From NCBI RefSeq assembly GCF_006345805.1, contig NC_042997.1:117614001-117678000 (forward strand): 64,000 bases of DNA. The letters run 5' to 3'. The notes under the pieces are model-generated. The model was not told the DNA's origin, ran no database searches, and saw nothing but the letters and a program-made list of their open reading frames with translations. This DNA comes from Octopus sinensis (lineage: Eukaryota). The first letter of the stretch is position 1. Every line of letters starts with the position of its first letter. Shown in pieces: positions 37,327 through 49,835 of this stretch. A program made the translations under genes and the position numbers.

Positions 37327-38709
37327 CGATATTTTAAGTCATTTTCAATTTCAAATAATTTTTAAATATGCCAAACAAATTTTTCTAATGGTATTCACTT
37401 GAAAATATTTTAAAATAACATTAAAACATTGTCTGTTTAAAGAAAGCTAAAATATAAATACTTACTGTACAAACAACTTACATTTTTGAAATCACATTCA
37501 CTTAAAAATATTTCTAAATTATTAAAATATTGTATTTAACAAAAGCAAAAGTAGAAACATTTACTGTAAAAAAAAACTCATATTTTTCGTTGTCAAATTA
37601 GTAATGTATCTAATCAAAAGGTTTGAGTTTCTTCCCTTTCAGGGTTAAGTTATTTTCAGAGTATTTTCCCATTATGTACCGTTTTGGGTATTTATACCCC
37701 AAAAACCCCTAATATCTCAACAACTAGTTGTCCGATTTATGTGAAACTTGTTTTATTCTGTTTGTATTCACATTTTAGGGGAAACCTTAATTTATAGTAT
37801 TTCCCCATTATGAGCCAGGTTGGCTGGGTAACATTGCAAGCAAGCCAGCAAGATTGAACTTCATTTTTAATGTATTATAGATAACAATATTATATAACAG
37901 CATTATATTTCTCAAGTTTAACACAAAATTTCACATTGGCTCTTTGTTCCAACTTTCTGCTCATGACAGAAATCACAGACTACAGCATACACGTGATCAC
38001 AAAAAACACAAATTCCACAATGTGTGAAGTAAAAGCAAAGCAATATCACTCAGCACACTGCTGCATGAAGGTCACTCCTAGCTCTCACTGTATACACAAA
38101 TGTGAGCTGCCATCTGTTGGCACGCTACTGAATAAGTCAAGGCACCTTATGATATATAAGACATAGATATATAAATGCTATGTGAATGACATTTGAAAAC
38201 AAAATAATTTAATAACTCAGTTTCATATATTTGTGTGTGTGTGTGTGTGTGTGTGAAAGTGATGTAAGAAATATCATTTACAATAAACATTTGCAGTTTC
38301 ATTTTGATTAAAATACCAGGAACTTCAGAGTTAACTATGCATCTCCCACATGCAGGGTCATTGACTGTCACTCCCCTTCTATTTCCTGATTCGACTTTCG
38401 TCTAGGAATGTGAATGATAGATTACATAATGCATTTTATCATATGTAAGATATAACGTTTACTTTATGTAGCATTATTATATGATATTATATAACACTGT
38501 ATTATATAAGAGTATTGTATTGTATAACCTTACTATATAACATTCCAGTCACCATCACCTGTTTCCAATTAAGGTAATGTTTTACCATGCCTAGACAAAA
38601 ATACGTGGAAGATTAAAAACAAAGAACACCTCTGGTATGACAGTGACACTTGCTTACAGCTATTGCCTTATGTCATAGTAAGGAGAGACTGAAAGAAACA
38701 CACACAGAT

Positions 38710-38763
<54 letters not shown>

Positions 38764-38950
38764 CACATACATACACACACACACACATATATATATATAC
38801 ATAAATATATGCATATATAAGCATAGATATAAATATATACATATATGTATGCTTCTGTATGCATATCTACATCAATATATGTAATATATTTATGTATGTG
38901 TGTGTGTATATACATATATATGTACATATATATGTATGTGTGTATGTATG

Positions 38951-39014
<64 letters not shown>

Positions 39015-39243
39015 TATAGATGTGCATATTTTTTCCTTGTTAAAAATTAACACAGAAAAAATAGTTCATATAAGTGATATCTATCATTATATATAATTTA
39101 AACATTAATTTTCTTCTTACATCTCACATTCACTAGATATATCTTTTTCAAAGACTATAGGGTTTTATTTAATATACATATCGTTGTGAGAAGCAGGCAG
39201 AACCATTGGTGTGTCAGACAAAATGCTTAGCAAAATGTGACGT

Positions 39244-39650
39244 GCAGGAGTGGCTGTGTGGTAAGTAGCTTGTTTACCAGCCACATGGTTCCGGGTTCAG
39301 TCCCACTGCGTGGCATCTTGGACAAGTGTCTTCTACTATAGCCTCAGGCCGACCAAAGCCTTGTGAGTGGATTTGGTAGACGGAAACTGAAAGAAGCCTG
39401 TCGTATATATGTATATATATACATATGTATGTGTGTGTTTGTGTGTCTGTGTTTATCCCCCTAGCATTGCTTGACAACCGATGCTGCGGTGTTTATGTCC
39501 CCGTTACTTAGCAGTTCGGCAAAAGAGACCAATAGAATAAGTACTAGGCGTACAAAGAATAAGTCCTGGGGTCGAGTTGCTCGATTTAAGGCGGTGCTCC
39601 AGCATGGCCGCAGTCAAATGACTGAAACAACTAAAAGAGTAAAAGAGAGA
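39244..39650 (+). mobile_element. tRNA-derived SINE family A, full-length reference copy
   Basis: A box TGGCTGTGTGG, B box GGTTCAGTCCC, central domain, microsatellite and 3' domain ending in A-rich repeats. Confidence 0.85.
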
Positions 39651-39841
39651 GAGTTACATTGTGAGTTCAAATCCTGCCGAGGCTGACTCTGCCTTTCATC
39701 CTTATATACTTCTCATTTATTTGGTTGTTTTTCTTTCCTTTACCCCTCCTCTTTCTATAGGCTACTTTGACGTTATATCCTCTAACATCTTTTAAAACTA
39801 ACTTTGTTAAAATGTCTTATTGAAGAGTTTCATTTCTTCAT

Positions 39842-39919
39842 TTCCCTGAAGAGAAGATTACATTGTTTTATACCATTTTATTCCTTTGGAATATGATATC
39901 TTTGAAACATGCGTCGGAA
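39842..39919 (+). ncRNA. Type I hammerhead ribozyme motif in a Penelope-like pLTR remnant (about 39700-39965)
   Basis: Stem I TTCC/GGAA, core CTGAAGA, stem II GAAGAT/ATCTTT, GAAA, stem III AC/GT, GTC cleavage triplet. Confidence 0.7.
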
Positions 39920-40329
39920 GTAAAAGAATTTGAATAACACCAGCGTTTAACTCCATTTATTTATATATATATTTACATTTATATCACCATGACCGACCAG
40001 GCTATCAGATATTACTACACATCGCTGGTCACAATGTGCTTAGCATTGTTTTAGCCTTCAAATGACGCCACCCCACTGGCTAAGGAAGCAGGCCAACAGA
40101 AGAAAGAGTAAGAGTAAGAAGTTGTGGCGAAAGAGTACGGCAGGAGTCGCCACCCTCACCCCCCCCCAACAGGAGCCTCATGGAAATTTAGGTGTTTTCG
40201 CTCAATAAACACTTACAACGTTCGGTCTGGGAATCAAAACCATGATCCTACAACCGCGAGTCCGCTGCCCTAACCACTGGGCCATTGTGCCTCCATATAT
40301 TTATATATATACATATATACATATATATA

Positions 40330-40651
40330 TGTAGTGACGTCATGTTCCAGTGTGCGCACACGCAACGTCATTCTTCAGTGTGCGTGTGCGGAGCGTCCTT
40401 CTTCAGTGTGCGTGTGCGGGGTTGGAACCTTCTGGAACCTTCTGGAAAGGCATAAGGAAGTTCCCTCATGCACATGCGCTAGAGACTGAAGAAGAAATTC
40501 TATAGCGTTCCTTAATAGCGTCGGGGACTTGAGACACGGCGATAGAAGATAAAGGACGTATTTTCATACGTGTGATCAGCCTATTCTCCTGTCCCAGACG
40601 CTTAGGGTTTAACCTGTTCTATTGCTGCTGAATTGTTGTAAGAAGCTTACA
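40330..40651 (+). mobile_element. Possible solo LTR
   Basis: TG...CA termini (TGTAGTGACG...AGCTTACA), CpG-rich, internal CTTCAGTGTGCGTGTGCGG and GGAACCTTCT repeats. No target-site duplication was recognised. Confidence 0.3.
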
Positions 40652-40909
40652 AACGTTAGAATTCACCTATTATATAACATTATATTATATAAATGTAATA
40701 TATTATATAACCTTATATAACATTCTTGTCACCAACTGTCACCTGTTTCCAAGTAAGGTAATGTTTTATCATTCCTAGACATGAATACCTGAAAAATTAG
40801 AAACAAAGAATGCCTCCGGCGTGACTGACACTCACGGCTATTGCCTGATGTCAGGATAAGGAGATACTGAAAGAAACACAAATACACACAGATACATACA
40901 CATATACAT

Positions 40910-40942
<33 letters not shown>

Positions 40943-41039
40943 CATTCATATATATACATAAATATATGCATATACATATATATATATATATATGCATAAA
41001 TATACATATATATATATAATATATGCATAAATATACATA

Positions 41040-41072
<33 letters not shown>

Positions 41073-41073
<1 letters not shown>

Positions 41074-43220
41074 ACGGGAAGCTTTATGAAAATAAACAAA
41101 AGACGAAGGCAGGTGGAAGACAAACGAACAATTGTATTAGTATGGCGCTCAGGAAATATAAATAAAACAAGTCTTTAACGTTTCGAGCCTACGCTCTTCA
41201 ACAGAAAGATACACAGAGAGAGAAAAACACAGAAAGAAGAGAGAAAAAAAAAATGCGTGCAGTAGCTAACGAATCAACATGGCGATCTGATTTCGGCCAG
41301 AGGTCAAAGATCAAACATGAGACACGAGAGCGAAATAAGGGGAGATAATAGGGTTGATAAAAGGTTGAGTGACCAGCTAAAAGTGCGTGGGAGGGGTCTG
41401 GATGTGTGTATGTATAGGGTTGGTGTGTATTAGTATGTATACGGGTGTGTTGTGTGTGTGTGTGTGTGTATGAGAGAGTATTAGTGCGTAAGATTGGTCT
41501 GGACGTGCGTATGTATGGGGTTGGTGTATGTATTAGTATGTATTAGTATGTATTAGTACGTATTGGTATGTATAGGTGTGTGTGTGTGTGTGTGAGAGAG
41601 TATAAGTGCGTATGCGGGGTCTGGACGTGTGTATGTAAGGGTTGGTGTAAGTATTAGTATGTACTAGTATGTATTAGTACGTATTAGTATGTATTAGTTG
41701 GTGTGTGTATTAGTATGGCACATCATATGTGATGTGATGTGTAAAGTCATGTGGTGTAGTGAGGAGAAGAGGGGGAGGGGAGAAGAGAGGGGGAGAGAAG
41801 GGAGGGGAAGAAGAGGGGGAGGAGAAGGGGGGAGGAGACGATGGGGGAGAAGGAAGGTGAGGAGGGGGATGAAGGAGGAAAGAGGGAGAGGGGGAGAGAG
41901 AGAAGGGGAGAGAGGGAGTGAGGGAGCAGAGGGAAGGGGAAGAGGGAGGGAGAAAGAGGAAGAAGGGAAGGGGAGTAGGGGTGAAAGGATGAAGGACTGA
42001 AGAAGTAGGGGTCGGGGGGGGAAAGGATAGTATAGGTGAGGAGGGGGGGAGAGGGGGGTTAGATGAGGAGGGGGGGAGAGTTGAGACCAAATGGCGTATA
42101 AGAGCGAAGAGAGAAGATTAATTCCTGTTCACGGCGCAAACGGGAATCCGGATGGCCTCTGTGTAGGACAAACCGAACACAGATAGGTGTTGCAAGGAGT
42201 GAGTGACCGGTGGAGCGGAAATGGCGTGAGACCGGTGTGTCGTTCGCAAGGTGGATGTCACGAAGGTGTTCCGCGAACGGTCAGCCAAGCGGCGTCCCGT
42301 TTGTCCGATGTACAAGGAATTGCAGAGAGAGCAAGAGATGCAATAGATAATATTGCTGGAGGTGCAGGTGAAGGAGTGGATGATGGATAGGGTCGATGGT
42401 GGGTGCTAGTGAGGCGGGTGGTGTTGGAGAGGTAAGGGCAAGTGCGGCAACGTGGGCGGGAGCAGGGGAACGAGCCGGGTTGGGAGGTAGGGTCAGGGAA
42501 GGAGCTATGGACCAAAAGGTCTCGAAGGTTGTGGGCTCGTTTGAAAGAGGGGAGGGGTCGGTTAGGGAAGAGGTGTGAAGTGGACGGGTCGGACTGGAGA
42601 TGACGGAAAGCTCGAAGAATGGTGCGTTGGAGACGTAGGGTCGTGGGGTGGTAAGTGAGGGGAAAAGGGAGGCGGGAGACTACAGGGCGGGTTCGGGGAG
42701 AAAGAGCAGATACACGGTCCACGGACCGTGCTCTGGCAAGGGCGGTGTGGATAGTGGTGAGGGGGTATCCACGTAGGGTGAAGTGGTGAGCCATACGTTG
42801 AGACTGAGTCTCAAAGTCATGGTCGTCACTACAGAGCCTACGTAGACGGAGGATTGGGAATAGGGGATGGAAAGCTTGGTGTGTTCTGGGTGGGGGGAAG
42901 AGAAGTGAGGTATGAGTGTGAGTCTGTGTGTTTGTAGTGAATGGAGGTGGTAAGAGTGGAGTGAAGAATGCTAACCGAAATGTCGAGGAAGGAGACAGAG
43001 GTGTTGGAGATAGTGGAAGTGAAGTGGAGGGCTGGATGGAAAGATTGGACGAAAGAGAGGAAGGAATCTAGATGTTCGCAGGAGAGTGAGGTGGCACCGA
43101 TAATGTCGTCAATATAACAACCATATAGTTCAGGAGTGGGACCAGTGAAATTAGAGAATATTTGGGCCTCAACATAGCCAACGAACAGGTTCGCATAGTT
43201 GGGGCCCATTCGCGTTCCCA
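41073..43220 (-). mobile_element. Penelope-like retroelement (RT core to GIY-YIG endonuclease, 3' repeats and pLTR), 5'-truncated and frameshifted
   Basis: [21 protein letters not shown] and YKHTDSHSYL; Cys linker CSRPRCRTC; NIIYCISCSLCNSLYIGQTGRRLADR. Both ends are flanked by (TA)n. Confidence 0.92.
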
Positions 43221-43228
43221 TATATATA

Positions 43229-43270
<42 letters not shown>

Positions 43271-43739
43271 CATATATATATGTATGTTTGTGTATACATA
43301 TCAACATAAATATATGAAATATATTTATGAATGTTATATATATATATATATATATATATACATACTTATACATACATACATATATATATATATATACGTG
43401 TATGTATATATACACATATATATATGTGTATATACATATATATATATAATATATATATAATATATATATATATATTATATATATATATATACACATATAT
43501 ATATATACATATATATATATACACACACACACACATACACCTATAGTCATGAGAATATATATATATTTCTATACATCAGTCATTAGTCAGCAGCCATGTT
43601 GGGGCACCACCTTGAGAGGGATTTAATTAAACAAAAATGTGTGTGTGTGTGCTTCTCTCAGTTTCCATCTACCAAATCCACTCACAAGGTTTTGGTAGTC
43701 CTGGCGCTTTAATAAAGAGACTTACCCAAAATGCCATAC

Positions 43740-45000
43740 AATGGGATTATTATATAACACGCTTACACTATATAACATTATCACATTATACAACATTATT
43801 ACATTATATAACATTATTACAATATATAACCTCACTGTATTTATAACATTGTTATGTTATATAACATTATGATATGACATAATATAACATTATCATATAA
43901 AATTATATCATACAATATTATTATATTATGTAACATTATTATATCTTACAACATTGTTATACTAAATATCAATATTAAATTATACAACATTATTATATTA
44001 TACAATAGTGATATATTATATAACATTATTATGTTATATAACATTATTATAAAATGTTAATGTATTGTATAACATAATTATAGTATATGACATTATCATA
44101 TAACATTATATTAAAAAATATTGTTATATAACATTATTGTATTGTATAGTTACAATACAATATATTGTTACACTATATATTATTATATTATACAGCATCA
44201 CATTATTATATTATGCAATATTGTTATATTTTACAATATCATTATATTATATGACATTATCATATTATACATTATAGTATATGATATTATATAACATTAC
44301 AATAGATAACATTATTATATTATATAACAATATGATACTATACAACATTATTATAATATATAACAGTATTATATTACCTTACTATATTATATAACATTAT
44401 TACATTATGTAACATTATCGTTATACACGATCATCTCAAACAGTTTCTTATTTTATACAGTATCCCTCCTGATGGGTTGGAACCCCTGGCTGTTAATCAG
44501 AAGATATGGAGGCCCATGTGTGATACTGGAGTGAAGCACTTTGAATCCAAAGGCAGGAGACTGAATGAAGAAAGGAGATGACCTCATCATCAGCCCTTTG
44601 TGGCTATTGTTCTGGATGACCTTCAGTGCCATCATGATCTTCCTATATTGTATTGGTCTTCTTGGCCATGTCCACCCTCTTAAGAAAGAAGATGCTGGAG
44701 GCAGGGAAGGATGAATGTCTTGGATTAAAACTGCCATCACCTTTTATGGTCTGTCATAATCAGGAAGCAAGCGTGTTATACGACATTATTATATTATATG
44801 CTAATATCATATATTATATTTCATAAGAGCATTTTATTTTATAACATTATTATATCAAATAACATGATTATATAATATCATATTATACTAGCAGAGATAC
44901 CCGGCATTGCTTGGGATTAAAATGGCATGGTTTTTTATTATTTTACTTGTTTCAGACATGCAGCTGCGGCAATGCTGAAGAAATAAACTTTCGTCGAAGA

Positions 45001-45078
<78 letters not shown>

Positions 45079-45910
45079 ATATATATATATATATATACTA
45101 TATATATATAGAAATACTATATGGTGTCATTATATTACATAATAATATCATATATTTCATAACAGTGTTATATTACATAACATGGTTGTATTATGTTATA
45201 TTATGTAATGGCATTATATTTCATAACATTGTTTTATTGTTATATAACAATGTGATATTTCATAACATATTTTATTATATTATCTTATATTATATTATAC
45301 AGCATTATTATAGTGCATAACATTATATCATCTGATTAAGTATTAAGTTATAACATGATGCCATTATATTATATAACATTATTATATTATACATTATTAT
45401 ATTATACAACATTGGTATATTCTATATCATTATTTTATTATGTTATATAACATTAGTGTGTTATACAGTATCATTATATCAAAGATCATTATTATGTTTT
45501 ATTATATAAGAATATTTCATTTATACAACTTTATTATATTATATGGCATGATAACATTATAGAACATTATTATATAACTTTATTTATAGTATTATATATA
45601 ACATTTTATTTAACATTATTACATTCTTTTGTATAACATTATTATATTATATAAGGTTATTGTTACATAACCTCACTATATTATATAACATTATTATGAT
45701 ATATAACATGAAATTATAAAACATATTAGATAACATTATAACATTATAAAACATTATTATATTATACAGCATTGTTATACTACATAACATTTTCATATTC
45801 TATAACGTTTTTGCATTATATAACATAATATTGAATAACATCATTATATTATATAACATTATACTATTAACATTATATAATATAATGTTATATAACATTA
45901 TACAGTATCC
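43740..45910. repeat. AT-rich degenerate tandem arrays enclosing a duplicated module (44425-44790) and a Helitron 3'-end fragment (44888-44915)
   Basis: Direct reading. CTAGCAGAGATACCCGGCATTGCTTGGG resembles 23156 and 23736. Confidence 0.7.
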
Positions 45911-46070
45911 CGCAAGTTTTATTAATGATAAGAAATATAGCATGAACACAATGCAAGAAAGCTTTCATAAATGTCAGCAATTGTGTAAATGTATGTACAT
46001 ACATAGAATTGAAGCATTTGAACAATCAGATACATTGTTCACAATATCACCAACCATGTAATATATACAT

Positions 46071-46107
<37 letters not shown>

Positions 46108-46163
46108 GGAGATGTACTTGCATAGCAAGTGACCTGATCTGAGATCATGTGCTGGAACGAAAG

Positions 46164-46281
46164 CAATTGCAGCATGGAAGGTGTTTATAAGCCATTTAAT
46201 AAACACACAAAATGTTGAAGTGAATCTATTGGTCTTGTGTGTTTCTTAAATGGCTTATAAACACCTTCCACGCTGCAATTG
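46164..46281. repeat. Hairpin with 47-bp arms (45 of 47 match) and a 24-nt loop
   Basis: CAATTGCAGCATGGAAGGTGTTTATAAGCCATTTAATAAACACACAA pairs with TTGTGTGTTTCTTAAATGGCTTATAAACACCTTCCACGCTGCAATTG. Confidence 0.9.
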
Positions 46282-46283
46282 TG

Positions 46284-46315
<32 letters not shown>

Positions 46316-46957
46316 TTCATTTTTAGACTCTTCCCAGACACAACAGAATATATATATATATATAATTATATTAAAAGTGCAAGGGCAAAAATGATAGGTC
46401 ATTTTCGCTCTTGCTCCCTTAATATAATTATTTACATAAATACATTATTATTAATTTAATGTATAAATTGCCTATAAATTTTTATAGCATGCTATAAAAA
46501 TTCCACTTTTCCCTGCTCACAAGGATCAGACAGATCTAGTACAGCCAGATGCTCTTCCTGTCACCAACCCTCACCTGTTTCCAAGTATGGCAATGCTTCA
46601 CCATGCCTAGACAAGAATGGAAGATTAGAACTAAAACAACACCTCTTGCATGACAGTGACGCTCGCTTACAGCTATTGCCTGATGTCTCCTGAGGTAAGG
46701 AGAGACTGAAAGAAACACACACACAGACATACACACATATATTCTTTTATTCTTCTTCTTCTTTCAGTCATTTGACAGCAGCCATGCTGGAGCACTAACT
46801 TTAGTCAAACAAATTGACCCCAGGACTTATTCTTTGTAAGTCTAGTACTCATTCTAAAGATCTCTAAAGGCCGAACCGCTAAGTTACAGAGATGTAAACA
46901 CACCAACATTGGTTGGCAAGCGATGGTGAGGGGATAAACACAGACACACAAATACAT

Positions 46958-46989
<32 letters not shown>

Positions 46990-46991
<2 letters not shown>

Positions 46992-47472
46992 CCCCACTCT
47001 CACCTCCCCCATCTCCCAACACCATCAAACCACACCACATACCACTACACCATACACAACCATACCACACAACACATCACATCACAACACACCACCACGC
47101 ACACACCAGCACTGACCACTTCCCAGACCCACATTTTCACATGTACACATATACATACGCACACATCAAGATCACCAGCCCTCTTCCACACACACAAGCA
47201 AACTCTCTTATACACACGCACATATACCTTCATTTTGGGATACCCACGACTTTATTATCTCCCCTTCTCCCTAGCTCTCCTGTGTGACCCTTCTATCCGG
47301 CATTCGTCATGATAGATCGCTTGCCACTACACATTCTTTATTTTCTCTCCGTGGAAGAGCATAGACTCGAAACATTAAAGACTTTTCACTTCCTAAGCGT
47401 TAAACTAATACATCTGTTTGTTGTCTACATCACCTGTCTTCATCTTTTGTTTTTTTGTGAATTCTTCCCCTA

Positions 47473-47492
<20 letters not shown>
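46990..47492 (+). mobile_element. Penelope-like 3' repeat and pLTR remnant inserted into a family A SINE (46740-46940 and 47500-47650)
   Basis: (CACAC)n-rich stretch followed by the GGAAGAGC...CTCGAAAC motif, as in 41073-41700. Confidence 0.55.
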
Positions 47493-47503
<11 letters not shown>

Positions 47504-47655
47504 GATGGACTTCTTTCAATTTCCATCTACCAAATCCACTCACAAGGCCTGAGTCTATAGTAGAAGACACTTGCCCAAGGTGCCACACAGTGGGACTGAA
47601 CCCAGAATCAAGTGTCTGGGAAGCTAGCTTCTTACCACACAGCCACCCCTGTTCC

Positions 47656-47656
<1 letters not shown>

Positions 47657-47686
<30 letters not shown>

Positions 47687-49185
47687 TTAACGTCCACTTT
47701 CCATGCTAGCATGGGTTGGACGGTTCAACTGGGGTCTGGGAAGCCCAAAGGCTGCACCAGGCCAGTCAGATCTGGCAGTGTTTCTACAGCTGGATGCCCT
47801 TCCTAACATAAACCACTCCGTGAGTGTAGTGGGTGCTTTTTATGTGCCACCGACACAGGTGCCAGACGAGGCTGGCAAACGGCCACGCTCGGATGGTGTT
47901 TTTTACATGCCACCGGCACGGAGGCCAGGCGAGGCTGGCACAGCCACGATCGGATGGTGTTTGTTACGTGCCACCAGCACAGAGGCCAGTCGATGCAGTA
48001 CTGGCTACGGCCACGTTCGGATGGTTTTCTTATGTGCCACCGGCACTGGTATCACAAAACTACAAATTCCATTGATGTTCATCGATTTTGATTTGATTCT
48101 TTGATTTTTGATTTTTGATTTTCACTTGCCTCAACAGGTCTTCACAAGTAGAGTTATGTGTCCCAAGAAGGAAGGTATGCACAGGTGGACTGACTACGTC
48201 CCAGGTAGGGGCCATGGGTTATGGCCTCACTTGTCCTGCCGGGTCTTCTCGCGCACAGCATACTTCCAAAGGTCTCAGTCTCTGGTCATTTCCTCGGTGA
48301 GACCTAAAGAGCGAAGGTCGTTCTTCACCACCTCGTCCCAGGTTTTCCTAGGTCTACCTCTTCCACAGGTTCCCTCAACCGCTAGGGTGTGGCACTTTTT
48401 CACACAACTATCTTCATCTATTCTTACTACGTGTCCATACCAGCGTAGACGCCTCTCAAGGCACTTACACTCTGTCGGGTATGAACACGGACATTACACA
48501 TCCAACGGAGCATACTGGCTTCATTTCTTGCGAGCTTACGCATATTCTCAGCAGTCACGGCCCATGTTTCACTGCCATGTAGCATGGCTGTTCGCACACA
48601 TGCGTCATACAGTCTGCCTTTTACTCTGAGCGAGAGGCCTTTTGTCACCAGCAGAGGTAAGAGCTCTCTGAACTTTGCCCAGGCTATTCTTACTCTAGCA
48701 GTTACACTTTCGGCACACCCACTCCCGCTACTGACTTGGTCACCTAGGTAACGGAAACTATCAACTATTTCAAGTTTTTCTCCCTGGAATGTGGTGGAAG
48801 ATGGTCTCTGCGCATTTTCAGTGTTTATTGCACCAGAGCATCTGCCACATACAAAAACTATATTCCTAGTTAGCCTTCCTTTGACATTGCTGCACCTCTT
48901 ATGTGTCCATAGCTTACACTTGGTGCATTTAATAGAGTTCCTACCTATGCCTTTTCTACAGATCGAGCAGGGCCATCTACCTGAAGGCGTTTGAGATTTG
49001 TCTACCTTCCTACTTATTAGGACTTTGGTTTTAGCTAGTTGACTCTAAGGCCCTTCGATTCTAATCCTTGCTTCCACGCCTGAAGCTTCTCCTTGAGTTC
49101 TGATAGTGATTCAGCAATTAGAGCAAGGTCATCAGCATAGAGGAGCTCCCAGGGGCATCCTGTCTTGAATTCCTCCGTTATTGCC
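47657..49185 (-). mobile_element. RTE-type LINE 3' portion (RT end, PHD-like finger, 3' UTR with tandem subrepeats, (GAT)n tail)
   Basis: WELLYADDLAL, CSICRKGIGRNSIKCTKC...HKRC...CGRC, MLHGSETW, GRPRKTW. Confidence 0.9.
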
Positions 49186-49280
49186 TATATGTACAAATAC
49201 ACTCAAACATACACATACATATTTGTATATACATCTATACCTGTGCATACACATAAGTTTGTTTTTGTGTATGTATGTGT

Positions 49281-49320
<40 letters not shown>

Positions 49321-49538
49321 TTAAATATAATTCATGAATCTGCAACAATGTGCAGATCCATTTTGATTAAAGTACCAGTGATTTCAGAGTTTACTATGCA
49401 TAACCCACAATTAGTGTCTCTGTCTGTCACTCCCATTACATTTCTTGATTTAGCTTCCTTCTAGGAGCATGACTGACAGGACACATTCTGCATTTTATTA
49501 TAAGTAAAATATAACAATTTTATATTTTATAACATGTT

Positions 49539-49835
49539 GAGGCACATGGCCTAGTGGTTAGAGCAGCGGACTCGTGGTCAAGGGATCGTGGGTTCGAATC
49601 TCAGACTGGGCGATGTGTGTGTTTATGAGCAAAACACCTAAGCTTTACACGGCTCCGGCAGAAGGTAATGGCAACTCTTTCTCCACAACTTTCTCTTGCT
49701 CTTTCCTCCTGCACCTTGCAGCTCACCTGCGACGAACCAGCATCCCGTCCAGGTGGGGAACCTATACGCCAAGGAAACCAGGAAACTGGCACTTATGAGC
49801 CAGGCATGGCTAGAGAAGGAACAAACAACAACAAT
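49539..49835 (+). mobile_element. tRNA-derived SINE family C with (AAC)n tail
   Basis: A box TGGCCTAGTGG, B box GGTTCGAATCT, V/Meta-like core CGACGAACCAGCATCCCGTCCAGG. Confidence 0.75.

Noticed and set aside
38673-39096. Overlapping ORFs rich in YI/CV/HT dipeptides (also at 2005-2421, 11184-11610, 19484-20131, 43266-43550, 58372-58677)
   Set aside because: They are artefacts of (TA)n, (TG)n and (TATG)n microsatellites.
42438-42464. Selenocysteine-type (Naiad-like) linker in the Penelope element
   Set aside because: All three linker Cys codons are TGC, with no in-frame TGA.
49539-49610. tRNA-like sequence with A and B boxes
   Set aside because: It continues into a SINE body and (AAC)n tail and lacks a clean acceptor stem. 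It is a SINE head, not a tRNA gene.
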